A stretch of DNA of 63,524 nucleotides, filler included, from Hyphochytrium catenoides (GCA_900088475.1; 9 parts of 9 records of this genome joined end to end with filler, not necessarily neighbours in it); one strand, 5' to 3'; shown: positions 13,559-26,106, numbered from the whole stretch's first letter. Translations and numbers: made by a program. Notes: a model not told the origin generated them from the sequence alone.

Positions 13559-15006
13559 TGAGGACGCCGGAGGACGGGTATCGGATAGACAGAGACACAG
13601 AAGGAGGCGTTTGATGTGTCCGAAAGGGAATCAGGCAGGGTTGATGGAGGGGAATGGAGAAATAGTTATTTTATTTAGCTAGGCATACCCGGTGCCATGC
13701 TGGACTTCAGAGGCTGAGGGACCTCAGTATTCTTGTTTGCTGCACCAGAGTAACATAATGTGGTCCCAGCGGGTTTCACATTGATTGTTGTGGAGACGCA
13801 GCGCTATGATATCAGAACGTTTACCCTCTATCCCTCAGCTCCGATCACAATCTCTTCCCCTCTACTTTTCTGGGCCTCATCAAGCTCTCTGAACCAGCCG
13901 CGCCTTGGGGCCGAAGCGATAGGAGACCGCTTTGTCATTCAACTAATCCTGTTCATGGTGCTCACCCTCTTTAGACTGAGGTTATCAGCTGATAGCATTC
14001 ACTTCCTAAATAAGAAGCTACATGCCCAGGGCGGCCGACAGTGAGTGTGCCTCATGAACATGAACATCCCGCTGCTTTCCTGGGCTCCGACGTCAACAGC
14101 AAGAGTGTGGCAGTGGGGCGACTGCAGCTTCTGCGTTGGCAGCAACTTGGTGAACTGCTGGTGGCGTGGGAACTCGGTGAAGAGATAAAATAGTGCATTC
14201 TTTTATCAAAGGACCATTTCTATTTATTTATTATTTCTAAGTTATCCCTGATGGAATGATGTCAAATTATGCCGATTCTTTACTTTATTTAGTTATAAAT
14301 TTCCCAAGGAACAAATCATCATAACTTTATTGGAGAGCGCATATTTTTGGAATCCAAAAAGTAAGAAATCAAACTTTCATCAGAAGATCTGTGGGGAGCG
14401 TGGAAGGTGAGACGTGGGAAGAGACAGAGCGACTAGAGATGAGGACGCCTATCGGGATTGTAGGTATTGAGAACAAACAGAGTGATAAGAAGAGACGAGG
14501 GAAAGGAATTCTGGATAGGAAGTGGACTGCCGAGAGAGAAATGAGAGAGAGAAATGGGGAGAGAGAGGAAGAGAGAGGGAGAGAAAGGGAAAGAGGAAGA
14601 GAGAGAGAGACAGAGCGAGAGAGAGAAACGAGAGAGAGAAGAGGGGGAGAGCGAGAGAGGACCAAGAGAGAGGGAAAAGAGAGAGGGAAGAGAGAGGGCA
14701 AAGAGAGGCACAGGAGAGAGGCAGGAGAAGAGAGGGACAACGAGACAGAGGGCGGCACCAGAGAGACAGTTGATCCAAGCATTATTGCAGACGAAGAACG
14801 CCAGGAAGCTGGACGGACAATTTGCTTCTCACTGGCCGGGCAGACGTCGAGCTCCGGACACCGCACCAAACATTCTTAGCGCTGCCGCAGAGAGAAAGAG
14901 AGATTCTGGTCTCTCTTCCACGTACAATCGAACACTTCGTTCTGGAAGCGAGGTAGAAGGTTGAGGCCTTCCTCTCTCTATTTGTCGGGAGGAAGCTAGC
15001 GCTACC

Positions 15007-15286
15007 ATGGGTTCAATAGAAGAGGCAGGGAAGAAGCTTCTGGACTTCTCTCAGCCTTTTGAACTTCCTCTTCTCGAGAATGTTGTCAGCGCCTTCAATG
15101 ATCCTCACCACCCACAGGTATGGAGCTATGGATCTTCCGTCGTACCGTAGGAGAGATATTACCTTGGGTCAACTTTTTCTGTCGTCTCGCTTGCTGCATC
15201 TCGTTTCCACCCGGGCAGTCATTCTCCGGGGACTCCTGTGGGCGTCTTCACCAAGCTTTCCCGTCTTTTCTGCCTTCTGCTTTCGA

Positions 15287-15321
<35 letters not shown>

Positions 15322-18300
15322 CTCTCTCTTTCTCGCTCTCTCTCTCTCCGGTCGAGATGCCCCTCTTTCCGAATATGGGGTGGCTAACCTAACTCGCTCG
15401 TTCGCCTGCTACAGAGGGCCGTGGCCAACAAAGTGCTGATGGCTCTGCAGGAGCATCCTGAAGCCTGGACTAGAGCGGACGTCATTCTTGAAAACTCTTC
15501 TAGTACTAACACGCGCTTCTTTGGACTGCAGGTAAGCCTCGTGCTCTGTTCCTCTCTTCCGCATGTTTACGCTGAGCCCTTGCTCTCTCTCTCTCCCTCT
15601 TTCTCTCCGTTGGTCTCTGTCTGTCTGTCTATTTGTCTGTGTCTCTTCTCTGTGCGCTGCTCCTTTTTTGTAGTTGTTAGAAGACGCGATTCGTTACCGC
15701 TGGAAGATTGTGCCAGCAGAGCAGCGACATGGCATCAGGAACTATATCGTGCAGAAAATCCTCGTGGTGAGTCTTCTAACTTTGCTTGCCGTGAACAGGT
15801 TCATCCCTGCTTCCTCTTGATTGGTTCAGCCTTCCTAGTCTATTGCCATAGTCGGACACGCTGGTTGAAGCTCTCTTCAACACTATCCTCTTGTTGTTGA
15901 GGTGGTTGTCTTGAAATGCTCCTGTTTCCTCGCTCTTTGGCTCTGCTCATGCCCTTCTCTCTCTCCCTCTCGCGCGCGGGTCTTCTTCCTCTCTCTCGCT
16001 GCTCTCCCTCTATGTCTCTGTTGCTCTGCGTGTGGCCGTTCATCTACCTATGGCTTGCCGCCCTGGCTTCTTGCCTGCTATCTTATTCGATCCTGGTTGG
16101 TGGTGCAGCTATCAAAGGACGAAGCAACCATGTCCAGAGAGAAAGTGTTCTTGCATAAGCTGAACCTTGTTCTTATTCAGGTGAAGCACCTTCCCTGACC
16201 TAGGCACCTGACAGTCTACCTTTCTAGCCACTCTCTGAGATCTCTCTCTCTCTCTCTCCCCATATATTTATATGCTCTCTTTCGGCTTTCTGCCCTCAAT
16301 CTCTAAACCTTTTTTAGTCCTATCCTCTCCATTGAGAGTTTTGGTCAGCCTTCTCTTTAGTCTACACTGCGCGATTTTGCTTCTCTGCTTCGCCGCCATC
16401 CCAAGTCCGCTCTAATATTAAATCTCTTCACCACTATTCCCTATCTCTATGCTAATATTCTCTCTGCCTTTTCTCTTTTCCGCTATAGATTCTTAAGCAC
16501 GAGTGGCCTCACAATTGGCCTGAGTTTATCAGTGAGATTGTCTCAGCAAGCAAGGTATGCTCTGACTCTCTCTCCCCACACTTATTCTCCATGGTTTCCT
16601 GGTCCTGGAACGACGAACCTCTTTATAGTCTCTATTTTTTCAGCTTTCTGTCTCATCTAATGCACTACCATTCCCCCTCTCCAGGTTCTGTCTATCTGAC
16701 TTCCCTCTCATTCACGCCTCATCTCTCTCTCTCTCTCTCCCCTCTCTTTTCCCCACTGACCTCTATGAACACACAATGTCCTATAGACTAGTGAGATTCT
16801 CTGTGAGAACAACATGCACATTCTGAAGCTTCTGAGCGAGGAAGTGTTTGACTTCTCCAAGGACCAAATGACCACCCAGAAGACAAAGACTATGAAGGAA
16901 AGTCTTAACAGTGAATTTACCAAGGTTTATCAGGTATGCCGACTGCTGATCTTTGTATTAATTGGGCTTTTTCTAGGGGATCTCCTTTTTCTCTGTCCTC
17001 TCTTTCCCTCTATCACTCCCTCTCTCGTGTGGTGGATACCAATTCTCCGTCTCACCTGAGGCAGCACTAATCCTCAAAAACTCTGCTGAACCCCAAAGCT
17101 CTCTTCCACGATCTTTTGCCACTCTTCTTCTATCCATTTCTCGGCAGGCTGAATGGTAGTGAGGACATTCTTTCCCCCTAAAAAGCTATCCTCGTCGTTG
17201 AGCGTTCTACCTCCCTCAGATCATCTATCCTCTTCCTTTTTCTCACATAACACATGTTCTTTTCTTCTCTCTCCCTCTCTGTGTGTCTCTCTCGCCTGTT
17301 ACAGCTTTGCGAGTTCATCATTGAACACTCCCAGCGGCCCCAGCTTATCACCATCACCCTGCAGACGCTACTTCGCTTTCTCTCCTGGATTCCTCTTGGC
17401 TATGTCTTCGAGACCAAACTCATTCCCACGCTAGTCACCAAGTTTCCTCCAGCTCCCGCCTTCAGATCGGACGCCGTTAGTTGCCTTACAGAGATAGCCA
17501 ACCTCTCGGACGTAGGGGAGAAGTACAACCACGTCTTTCTCTCTCTTTATCTTAGCTTTATAGGGCAGCTCACGAGGATCGTATCTCCTGACTCTAACAT
17601 TGCTGCGGCGTTCGAGAGAAGCTCCGATGCTGATCAGATCTTCATACAGCGTCTCTCTCTCTTTTTCACCTCTTTCTTCAAGAATCACATCAAGGTCATT
17701 GAGTCACAGATAACCGCCCTCGGGGATGAGCACCACAAGGCACTTGTCATCGGACTCACGTACCTCGTACGGATCTCTGAAGTACAGGATGACCAGATTT
17801 TCAAAATCTGTCTCGAGTATTGGCACTATTTGGCCAATGATCTCTACCTGAATGTGAAGATCCCGCAACAGGTGGTTCTTTTAGGCATGAAACCCCAGGG
17901 CGTAGCAAACAATCGTATTGCAAAGTTTGCGGCCGTTCTCTCTCAGGTGCGGCTGGTGATGATCTCTCGCATGGCCAAGCCCGAGGAGGTTCTGATTGTC
18001 GAAGATGAGAACGGAGAAATAGTGAGAGAGACAACCAAGGACACGGAGGCTTTGGCTCAGTATAAGACGATGCGAGAGGCGCTGGTCTATCTCACGCACT
18101 TGGACTATGAAGATACAGAGAATATCATGCTTGACAAGCTTGCTAAGCAGGTAATGTGGGCGAGACTAGGACAGCGTCCGCATTTTCGCGGAAACTAGGG
18201 GAGAGACGTGGAAGCGTTCAATAGAAGAAAGAGATTTTTAAAGAGGAAAGAGAAAGGCAGTAATGTGGAAGGCTCAGCGGTAGAAGAAAGAAGAACAATG

Positions 18301-20231
18301 GCGGACGAGATGGTAACGGTAGCGAGGGAGGAAGTCGCTCTCTCCACCTTTACCTTAGCCTTGCTGCTTCCTTCTCCCCCTTGTCTTCAGTGTGATAACA
18401 GCGAGTGGTCATGGCACAATCTGAACACTTTGTGCTGGGCCATCGGTTCCATCAGTGGGGCGATGAGCGAAGAAGATGAGAAGCGCTTCTTAGTCACAGT
18501 CATCAAGGTAAGAGCTTCATCTACTCTTGCTCTCTCTAGATGTTTGGTTATTCCATTGCAGGTCAAACACGTTTTCCGAATCCCTTTCCTCCTCTCCCTC
18601 TTTCCAAGATAGTGCTGCTCCTTCCCTTCCTTCGAATATCACTTTTTCCCTCTTTGCTTGCTGACTCGATCTCTCCAATGTGCATATGCTCGCAGGACCT
18701 CTTGGGGCTGACGGAGATGAAGCGTGGAAAGGACAACAAGGCGGTGGTGGCGTCTAATATTATGTATGTGGTGGGCCAATATCCACGCTTCTTGAGAGCC
18801 CACTGGAAGTTCTTGAAGACTGTGGTCAACAAGCTATTCGAGTTCATGCACGAGCTGCATCCAGGCGTGCAGGTGATAGCCACAGATCTCTTTTAGCTCT
18901 TGGAACCACTTTCCCGCTTCCCTCCTCTGTCTTTTATGTCGCTTGCTTCAGGAAGCTATACTCTCACTCTTGGATGTCACCTCCGTCGTCACTCTGTTCG
19001 GTAGTGCGTTCGCTTTCTTCCTCTACAACGTCCGGCCCGGGTTGCTATTCTGCTTTCGCTCTCTCTCTGTCTCTTTCTGTCTCTTTCCTCTCACTTCTGT
19101 TCACTACATCACCTTGCGGTACAATGTAGGTCCCCTATCGCTGAATCATCTGCTCTAGTTCTGCCTCTGTCTCCGTTCAAACGCTTCCAACTGCTCACGA
19201 CCTCTCTGTGCCACGGCAGGACATGGCGTGTGATACTTTCCTGAAGATTAGTCAGAAGTGCAAGAAGAAGTTTGTTACGCTGCAGCCTCAGGAGACAGAG
19301 CCTTTCATCGTAGAGCTTCTGCAGACCCTCCCAGCCATTATCTCAGACCTGGAGACCCATCAGATCCACTCATTCTATGAAGCTGTTGCTTGTACGCCCA
19401 GCACACCAGCGCCTTTCTAGCTGTCGTTCCAACTTCTCCTTCGCCACACTGAGCCTCCTCTTGTCCTTGCGAGCCTGCAGTTGCTCCCGTTTCTCGGCCT
19501 TTCCCTCCTTCGTACATGTTCCTCTAAGCCTCCTTTTTCTCACAGGCATGATCTCGGCTGAGAATGACCTTCGCGTTCGAGAGCAGCTCCTTATGCGGCT
19601 AATGGCCCTTCCTAACACTGCGTGGACCAACGTCATGCTCGCGGCCTCTCAGCGTATGGAAACTCTATACGAGGCCAACACTATCAAAGAAGTCTCCAAG
19701 ATCTTGCGAACAAACGTGGCTGTCTGCGCATCGGTTGGGCCATCATTTGCCGCGCAGATGGGCGTCATATATATGGACATGTTGAACGTCTATAAGGCTT
19801 ATAGTGAGCATATATCGGCCACCGTTGCTGCAGAGGGAGAGCTGGCAACACGAAAGACGCTTATTCGGTCGATGAGATCAGCGAAGAAAGAGGCGCTCAA
19901 GCTTATTGAGGCCTTTGTGGAGAACTGTACCGACCCGCAGGTAAAGCTAGGGAGATAAAGAAGGGCGAGAGGTGGAAAGGGAGCGTCATGCTTGAGGAAG
20001 AGACTGAAAAAGGGACAATGGGACAGCATCAAAGAAAGCAAGACGAGACAGGTTTGGGAGGTGAAGAGTTTAAGCGGCAGAGCACCTTTTGGGAGAGATT
20101 GAGAGGTCGTCTCTCCTCTGCCGCGTTGTCTCCTGCAACTTTGATCAATCGCTCCAGATGTCTCTCACCTCTCCCTACCGGACTAGATTACCTGTAGTTG
20201 ACACTGTTGGTTCCTTGTTTCTCTCTCTCTG

Positions 20232-20265
<34 letters not shown>

Positions 20266-22049
20266 TCTGTCTCTCTCTCTCTCCCTCCCTCGTCCTTTAT
20301 TACATAGATGGTTCGTCAGAACTTCATACCACCGATGCTGGACCCTGTGTTGGGAGATTATCAGAGAACAATTCCTCAAGCGAGAGACCCAGAGGTCTTG
20401 TCTCTGTTCGCGGCTATCATCAATAAGCTGAAGGCCACGGTGGCAGAGGACGTTCCGAAGGTGCTAGAGGCCGTGTTTGAGTGCACGCTCCAGATGATCA
20501 CACAGAACTTTCAGGACTTCCCCGAACATAGGATCAACTTCTTCAAACTGCTGCAGGTGCGACTGACTGTGAACGAGAAACACGGGGGAAATAAAGACAA
20601 GGACAGGCGCATGAAGGGATAAAGGGAGAGGAGGAAGAAAGAATGAGTGTCGTTGCATTTCCCTTTAAAAGTGGAAGAGGACGACACACACATCTTCTCA
20701 AGTGAAAGAGAGCCAGAGAAATACTTCCTGAGTATGAATGAAAGAGGTGTGATAGCAGACTTAGGTTGGCAAAGAGTGCAGAGGCCCTCTTGTCATGCCT
20801 TTCTCAGCCCTATTGCGTGGTCCTCATCCTTTTCTCCTCCCTTGCTTCATGTGCTCTGTCCCTGTAGGCGGTCAACTCGCACTGTTTCCGAGCAATTTTC
20901 AACATTCCTGCCAGCCATCAGAAGTTAGTAGTGGACTGCGTGGTCTGGGCCTTCAAGCATACAGAGAGGAACATTGCTGATACGGTAAGCAGCGTTAAGA
21001 AAATGAGAGATGGTTGCCTAAACTCTGCTCACGATTGGCTGTTGTTCTCCCTTTCCAGGGCTTGGATATCCTCTATTCTCTGCTGCTTAACGTCCAGCAG
21101 AGCCCTGAGGTGGCGCAAGGATTCTACATGTCGTTCTACCTCTCTCTGTTACAGGATGTGCTGAGCGTGGTGACTGACCGGCTGCATAAGAGCGCCTTCA
21201 AAATGCACGCCACCATTCTAAAGCACCTGTTCCATCTTGTCGAGATGGGCCAGGTCACTGTGCCGCTGTGGGAGAGCATTGGCCAGAGTCAGCCTCAGGG
21301 CCAGACAAATCAGGGCTTTATGAGAGAATACGTGATGCATCTCTTAACTACTGCCTTCCCTAACGTCTCTAAGTAAGTGTTGGCCCTGAAGCAAGGGCAC
21401 GCTCCAGAAGGGAAGATGATGGATGGGGATGAGAGACCAAATGAATAGATAGACAAATAGCTACTAAGGAAGACACTGTGGAGAGAGAGAGAGATTCAGT
21501 AGGAGGTCCAGCCTTGGTTTGTTTAAGCTTAGACCTTCTGTCTAACAGGCAGCAGGTGCATAACTTCGTGGTGGGCTGCTTTGACATCAAGAAAGATCTT
21601 CCCGCCTTCAAGACCCATCTTCGGGACTTTCTCGTGCAGCTCAAGGTGAGATAGATTGGCCCTAGGCGCAAAGGAGTGTTTGCCCTCTGTGCGAGGCATC
21701 TCTCATGGTTGCCTCGTTATCTACCTGTGATTCATCGGCAACCGCTCTTCCCGGTTCTCTCTTCGTGCTCTTAGATTTCCTGAACCACTGCTTCTCAATT
21801 TCTAGGATCGCCTACTTCTTTCCCTAGTTTACCTTTTTCAGTCAAATCTTGCTCATTTCTGACCTCTGTGTTATATGGACTACTGTTCATTTGCTGTAGG
21901 AGTTCTCGGGTGAAGACAATGCCGATCTGTATCATGAAGAAAGAGCCGCAGCTCAAAAGCTGCAGACAGAGCAGGCTATGGCAGCCAAACTTGCTGTCCC
22001 AGGGCTGGTAAACCCGCATGAAAGACCAGATGACATGGCAGACCTTTAG
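15007..22049 (+). CDS. XPO1: Exportin-1 (CRM1) paralogue B, complete, 16 exons; Thr at the LMB-target position (ACG at 18711-18713)
   Basis: The same 15 intron positions as copy A give an uninterrupted frame from [15 protein letters not shown] to [21 protein letters not shown]. The CRM1 blocks match copy A, except [15 protein letters not shown]. Confidence 0.97.
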
Positions 22050-22747
22050 GCCAATGCTGTGCCTCAGAGTGTCAGAGAAGGACACAGCGAGAGAAGCGCG
22101 ACGGAAGGTGCACGGACTTAGATGTCGTTTTATGGTACAAGCTGTTGTTGGAGAGTTCTTTAAGTGTAGCTGGAAAGCCATCTCTATCTCTCGCTTCTTC
22201 TTCTTCTTCTCTCTCTCTCTCTCTCTCTCGCCGCGTGCTCGCTTGTGGCGGCTGGTTCTAATGATCTTGGTCTTGGGTCTGGTCTTTTCGCTCCTTTAAA
22301 ACTCTTGTTTCTCTCTTCCCCTCCTGTCAGTTAAGAGGGCTAGATCATTGATCTTCAGGGATAACTATCCAAATAGACAGACTGTAGATAGACTCTGCCC
22401 GCACCAGACTGTCGTTATCAAGCCACCGATATTGGAGAGAAGAGGAAACGCAATGACAGAACCGCTATGTACAGAAAGGCGCTTTGAAGTCTCTTCTGCG
22501 TCGCCTTCTATGCGAGTCGAACAGTGGCAATCCAGCACCGATTTTAGCACCACTGTTCGCCTAGAGACTGGGGTCTGCTTCAAAGGCCCAAGGATTACTG
22601 GGAGGTGGGAGAGAGCCCAGAGTTAAGGGAAGTGTAGGGCGAGTGTTCCATCGCGTACTAGATGAGAAGGGAGAGGGCAATAGTCTGACAGAGACATCTG
22701 CACGGTGGGAGGCAGATGCCTTGTCTAAGGCTAGAAGGGAGAGAAGA

Positions 22748-25340
22748 TCAGCAGAGAGCGATTGGTAAGCCGTGGGGAAAAGGATACGCATCAAGGAAGG
22801 CGTTAGCGCATTGCCGCAGAGCCAGGTTGGGAATGAGCATCTCTCGCTGTAGCCGCTGTCTAGATATAGGGTCTGTTGGTCCATTTTGCTCCAGATGCTT
22901 CTCAATCCACTTCTTCTCGTAGCTAGAATAGAGAAAGCAGATCACGTCGATCAGAGCACCGTCCTGGGCAGAAGCGCCCATTAAGCAGGAAATACTGGAT
23001 GAAGGGAACTTATAGAAGCTTTGTGCAAGGAGGAGCTTGTGAATGCAATCAGAGCGCTAAGCCAGTCGGGAAGAAAGATGGTGAACAAGGAGAGAAAAAA
23101 AGCTTACGTGACTCCGCTGGGCGCGATGACAGGCTCTCTAACTATGTCCATAGTTATGGCACAGCAGAGGTGGTCAGGGATCTCTTGCCGAGAAGCGAGC
23201 TGCAGAGTGGTAAGACAGAGACGCAAAAACATTAAAAAGATAAAAACGATAGACATCACGAAGACGAGGGAGAGAAGCGAAAGAGCAAAGAAAGAAGAAC
23301 AGACAGAGAAAAGAACACACGGACGGGAGACATAGGATGAGAAGGTAGGCCACAGTACGACAAGGAGAGAAGAGTTGAGAGACCGAGGTTGAGTGACAGA
23401 GACAAACGAACCAGAAGAGAGAGGGAGAAACGAGGAAAGGCAGAGCGGGCATAGTAGAATATCCACTAGTGAAAGTCTCTGCTAATAAAGATGAAAGATG
23501 GGACCGTGACAGTATCAGGAGACTCTGAACCGCGTTTGAAGCAGCCTACTCTCCTACCTGCGACTCGACTAGATTGTGCAAGAGTCTTCTCCGACGATTG
23601 AAGCTCTTCCTTATCCTGCTCCCAAGACATTAAAAAGTAGCGCGCCAAGGCAACAGAGGCGAGAGCCAGAGAGCGAGGGCTGGAGTAGAAAGAAAAGGGA
23701 GTAATTGTAGCTAAGGAAAGAGACATCGGGGCCAGTAGGGAGCTTGAGGAGAGCAGCACACGGCTGCAGAAGCCGTTGAGAGAATCCCGCAGAAAGCAAA
23801 GCCCGAGGAGAAACATGGTAACCGAGATAAACAGGCATAGCAAGCAACTGAATCTACGAAGATAGTATTGTGACAGACCTGTCTACCGCTTCCTCCTTCT
23901 CAGCAGCGGAGAAGCTAACATTCTCCAGTGCTTTTCTAGTCTCTTCCTCCTCTTTCTCATGGAGCAATGGGAAAGCATAAGCGCTCAGCTCCTCGAGGTC
24001 TTGCCTCCGAGTCTTCTGTTCCAGCTCCCACTTTCTTTTCATAGCCCTGAGAGAGAGAGAAAGAGAGACACGCATACAAGAGAAGGGCCCGAGAAAACGT
24101 TAGACAGATAGAGAGAGAATGAAGCAGAAGAAGGTAAGACCCAGGATCTAGAAAAGACACTAAAGATAGGAGGCTATAGCCGAGCCAAGAGCAGGAACAG
24201 GTTTATTATAGATAGAGAGAAAAAGAAGTGAACAAGATACTTCTCAAACAAGCAGAAGGAGACAGAAGGAGCACGAGCATCCTTACCGTCTCATCTCTGT
24301 CTCTATCTCCTCCCACATGGCTGCTCCCTTGGGTTGCTTGGAGGCTTGCATCTGCGCCTCCTTGAGAAGCTTCACTCCGTCTTCCCAGTTCTCTCTCTCA
24401 CAAAGAGCCAAGCCTAAGAGATAACTTCCTTTGAAGTTGTTCCGGTCCAGGTCAAGAGCCTTCTTGCAGTCATAGACGACTGAGTCCCAGGACTTTAGCT
24501 GCCGCGGGATGAACAGCCAGAGTGGAGGGTCGAAGGGAAGGGCAGAAAGAGGAAGAGTGAGAGAGATGAGAAAGAGAGAGAGAAGATACGCAATGGGAAA
24601 GAAAGAGAAGATACGCAATGGGAAAGAAAGCAAGAGGAACAGGAGGGAAAGAGAAAAGACACCTGAGCACCAGATGAGGCGCAGTGACAAGAGCGATGAA
24701 GCGGAACAGATAGGTAGAAATGGGAAAACAAGGAATCTCTGGGTCGATGAAGTGACAAAAGAGTTGGGGAGACGGCAATCGCTAAGGCCCTCGTGTCTCT
24801 CTCCCTCTTTCTTTTGACATATCTTCTTCTTCTCTCTTCCCTCCCGTCTTCTTCATCTCTCTTTTTTTCCCCTCTCTCCTCAGTTACAAGCTCTTCTTTA
24901 AGCCCCCACCTGTCCCACACCCGCTAGCGGAGCAGGTTGGCTTACCTTCATATGACAAAGAGCTCTATTCGTGTACAGCGTAGAAGTCTTGGAGTCGAAG
25001 CACTGCAAAGGAAGGAAGAAGGAAGAACCTTAAGAGGACAGAGCTCAAAGAGGGCCTCAGAACAAGAGCTAGGGAAGGTGGTCCCAGCTGGTATGGTTGA
25101 CAGAAGCCAAAAGTCAAACCGAGCCAGAGACAGAGGCGTGAGACACAGAGACTAATAGCAGGGACAAGGGAGTCACCCATGGGTAGTTCTGGGCATGAGG
25201 AGTCAAAGTGGGATACAGCGAAGGTGTTCCTGAGGTTGAGAACTTACGATTGCCTCGGTATAGGCCTCTATGGCAGCTCCATATTTATGTCTCTTGAAGA
25301 GGGCATTGCCTTTATCTTTCAAACTCTCAGCCACCGACAT
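22748..25340 (-). CDS. STUB1: CHIP/STUB1-like TPR + U-box E3 ubiquitin ligase, multi-exon
   Basis: TPR exons read MSVAESLKDKGNALFKRHKYGAAIEAYTEAI, CFDSKTSTLYTNRALCHMK and LKSWDSVVYDCKKALDLDRNNFKGSYLLG. U-box exons read EIPDHLCCAITMDIVREPVIAPSGVT and YEKKWIEKHLEQNGPTDPISRQRLQREMLIPNLALRQ. Middle exon boundaries are approximate. Confidence 0.9.
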
Positions 25341-26058
25341 CTTGCTCGTCCAGGCTTTCCTCGTAGCTTTGTGTCCTAGGTATGTCTATCGGCGGCGTAG
25401 CCAGACGTCTTCTCTACTTAGGCAGCCGGCAGCAGCGTGGAACTCCAGCTTCTACAGGGCGCCTGCTGCCTCTCTGCCGCCCCTCAGAATACCTGTCCCT
25501 TAACACCAGCCGTCCCTTTCCTGCTCAGGTCTGGCCTCCTTCTACCCAGCTGGCCTAAGCTTCACTAGCAAACAAGAGCCTTGGACAGGGGGCTGCTTCC
25601 GTCCGTAGAAAGCCGATAGCAGCGGGCGAAGAGCTGAGAAATGTCGCTGCTGATGCTGCCACGGGCGCTGGAACTGATGAGGAAGAGTGAGGGAGGAAGG
25701 AGGAGGAAGGAGGAGGACAAACAACAGCAACAATGGGGGTGGAGATCATGTGATGAACTAGACATATGATAATCACATACGTTGATCTATTCTTTGATTG
25801 AACCAGAAAACAGCGGATGGGGGTAAGAGACAGAGGAACTAAAAGACTGTACATATGTAGAAGAAGAGAGAGAGAGATATTGACACAGACAGAGTGAGGG
25901 GATTATAAGAGAGAGGTTTGTTTTAGCGAGACAGAGACAGAGGAAGTCAAAGGAATCGAGCAGAAAGAGTGACAGAGAGAATCGGACGCAGAGAGAGAGA
26001 GAGAGACACCAGCAGGGAGAGAATTAGGAAACAGAGAGTGAAGTAGCCAGGGGAGAAG

Positions 26059-26106
<48 letters not shown>

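Noticed and set aside
14369-14964. ERER/LSLS-rich ORFs here and at 27.7-28.3, 29-30.5, 32.7-33.1, 38-40, 49-51 and 58-59 kb
   Set aside because: They are translations of (GA)n, (CT)n and (GAA)n microsatellites that lack stop codons by composition.
2344-22049. XPO1-Thr as a self-resistance gene of a toxin biosynthetic cluster, together with the methyltransferase
   Set aside because: There is no PKS, NRPS or other biosynthetic gene on the contig. The neighbours are housekeeping genes.
8384-22049. The two XPO1 copies as uncollapsed alleles or an assembly duplicate
   Set aside because: Most introns, many synonymous sites and many N-terminal residues differ, and there is no gap between the copies.
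8384-22049. Non-canonical introns
   Set aside because: All 30 XPO1 introns, and those traced in ATG12 and GPx, resolve as GT-AG.
24579-24630. 26-nt direct duplication GAGAAGATACGCAATGGGAAAGAAAG in a CHIP intron
   Set aside because: An ordinary slippage duplication in a repeat-rich intron.
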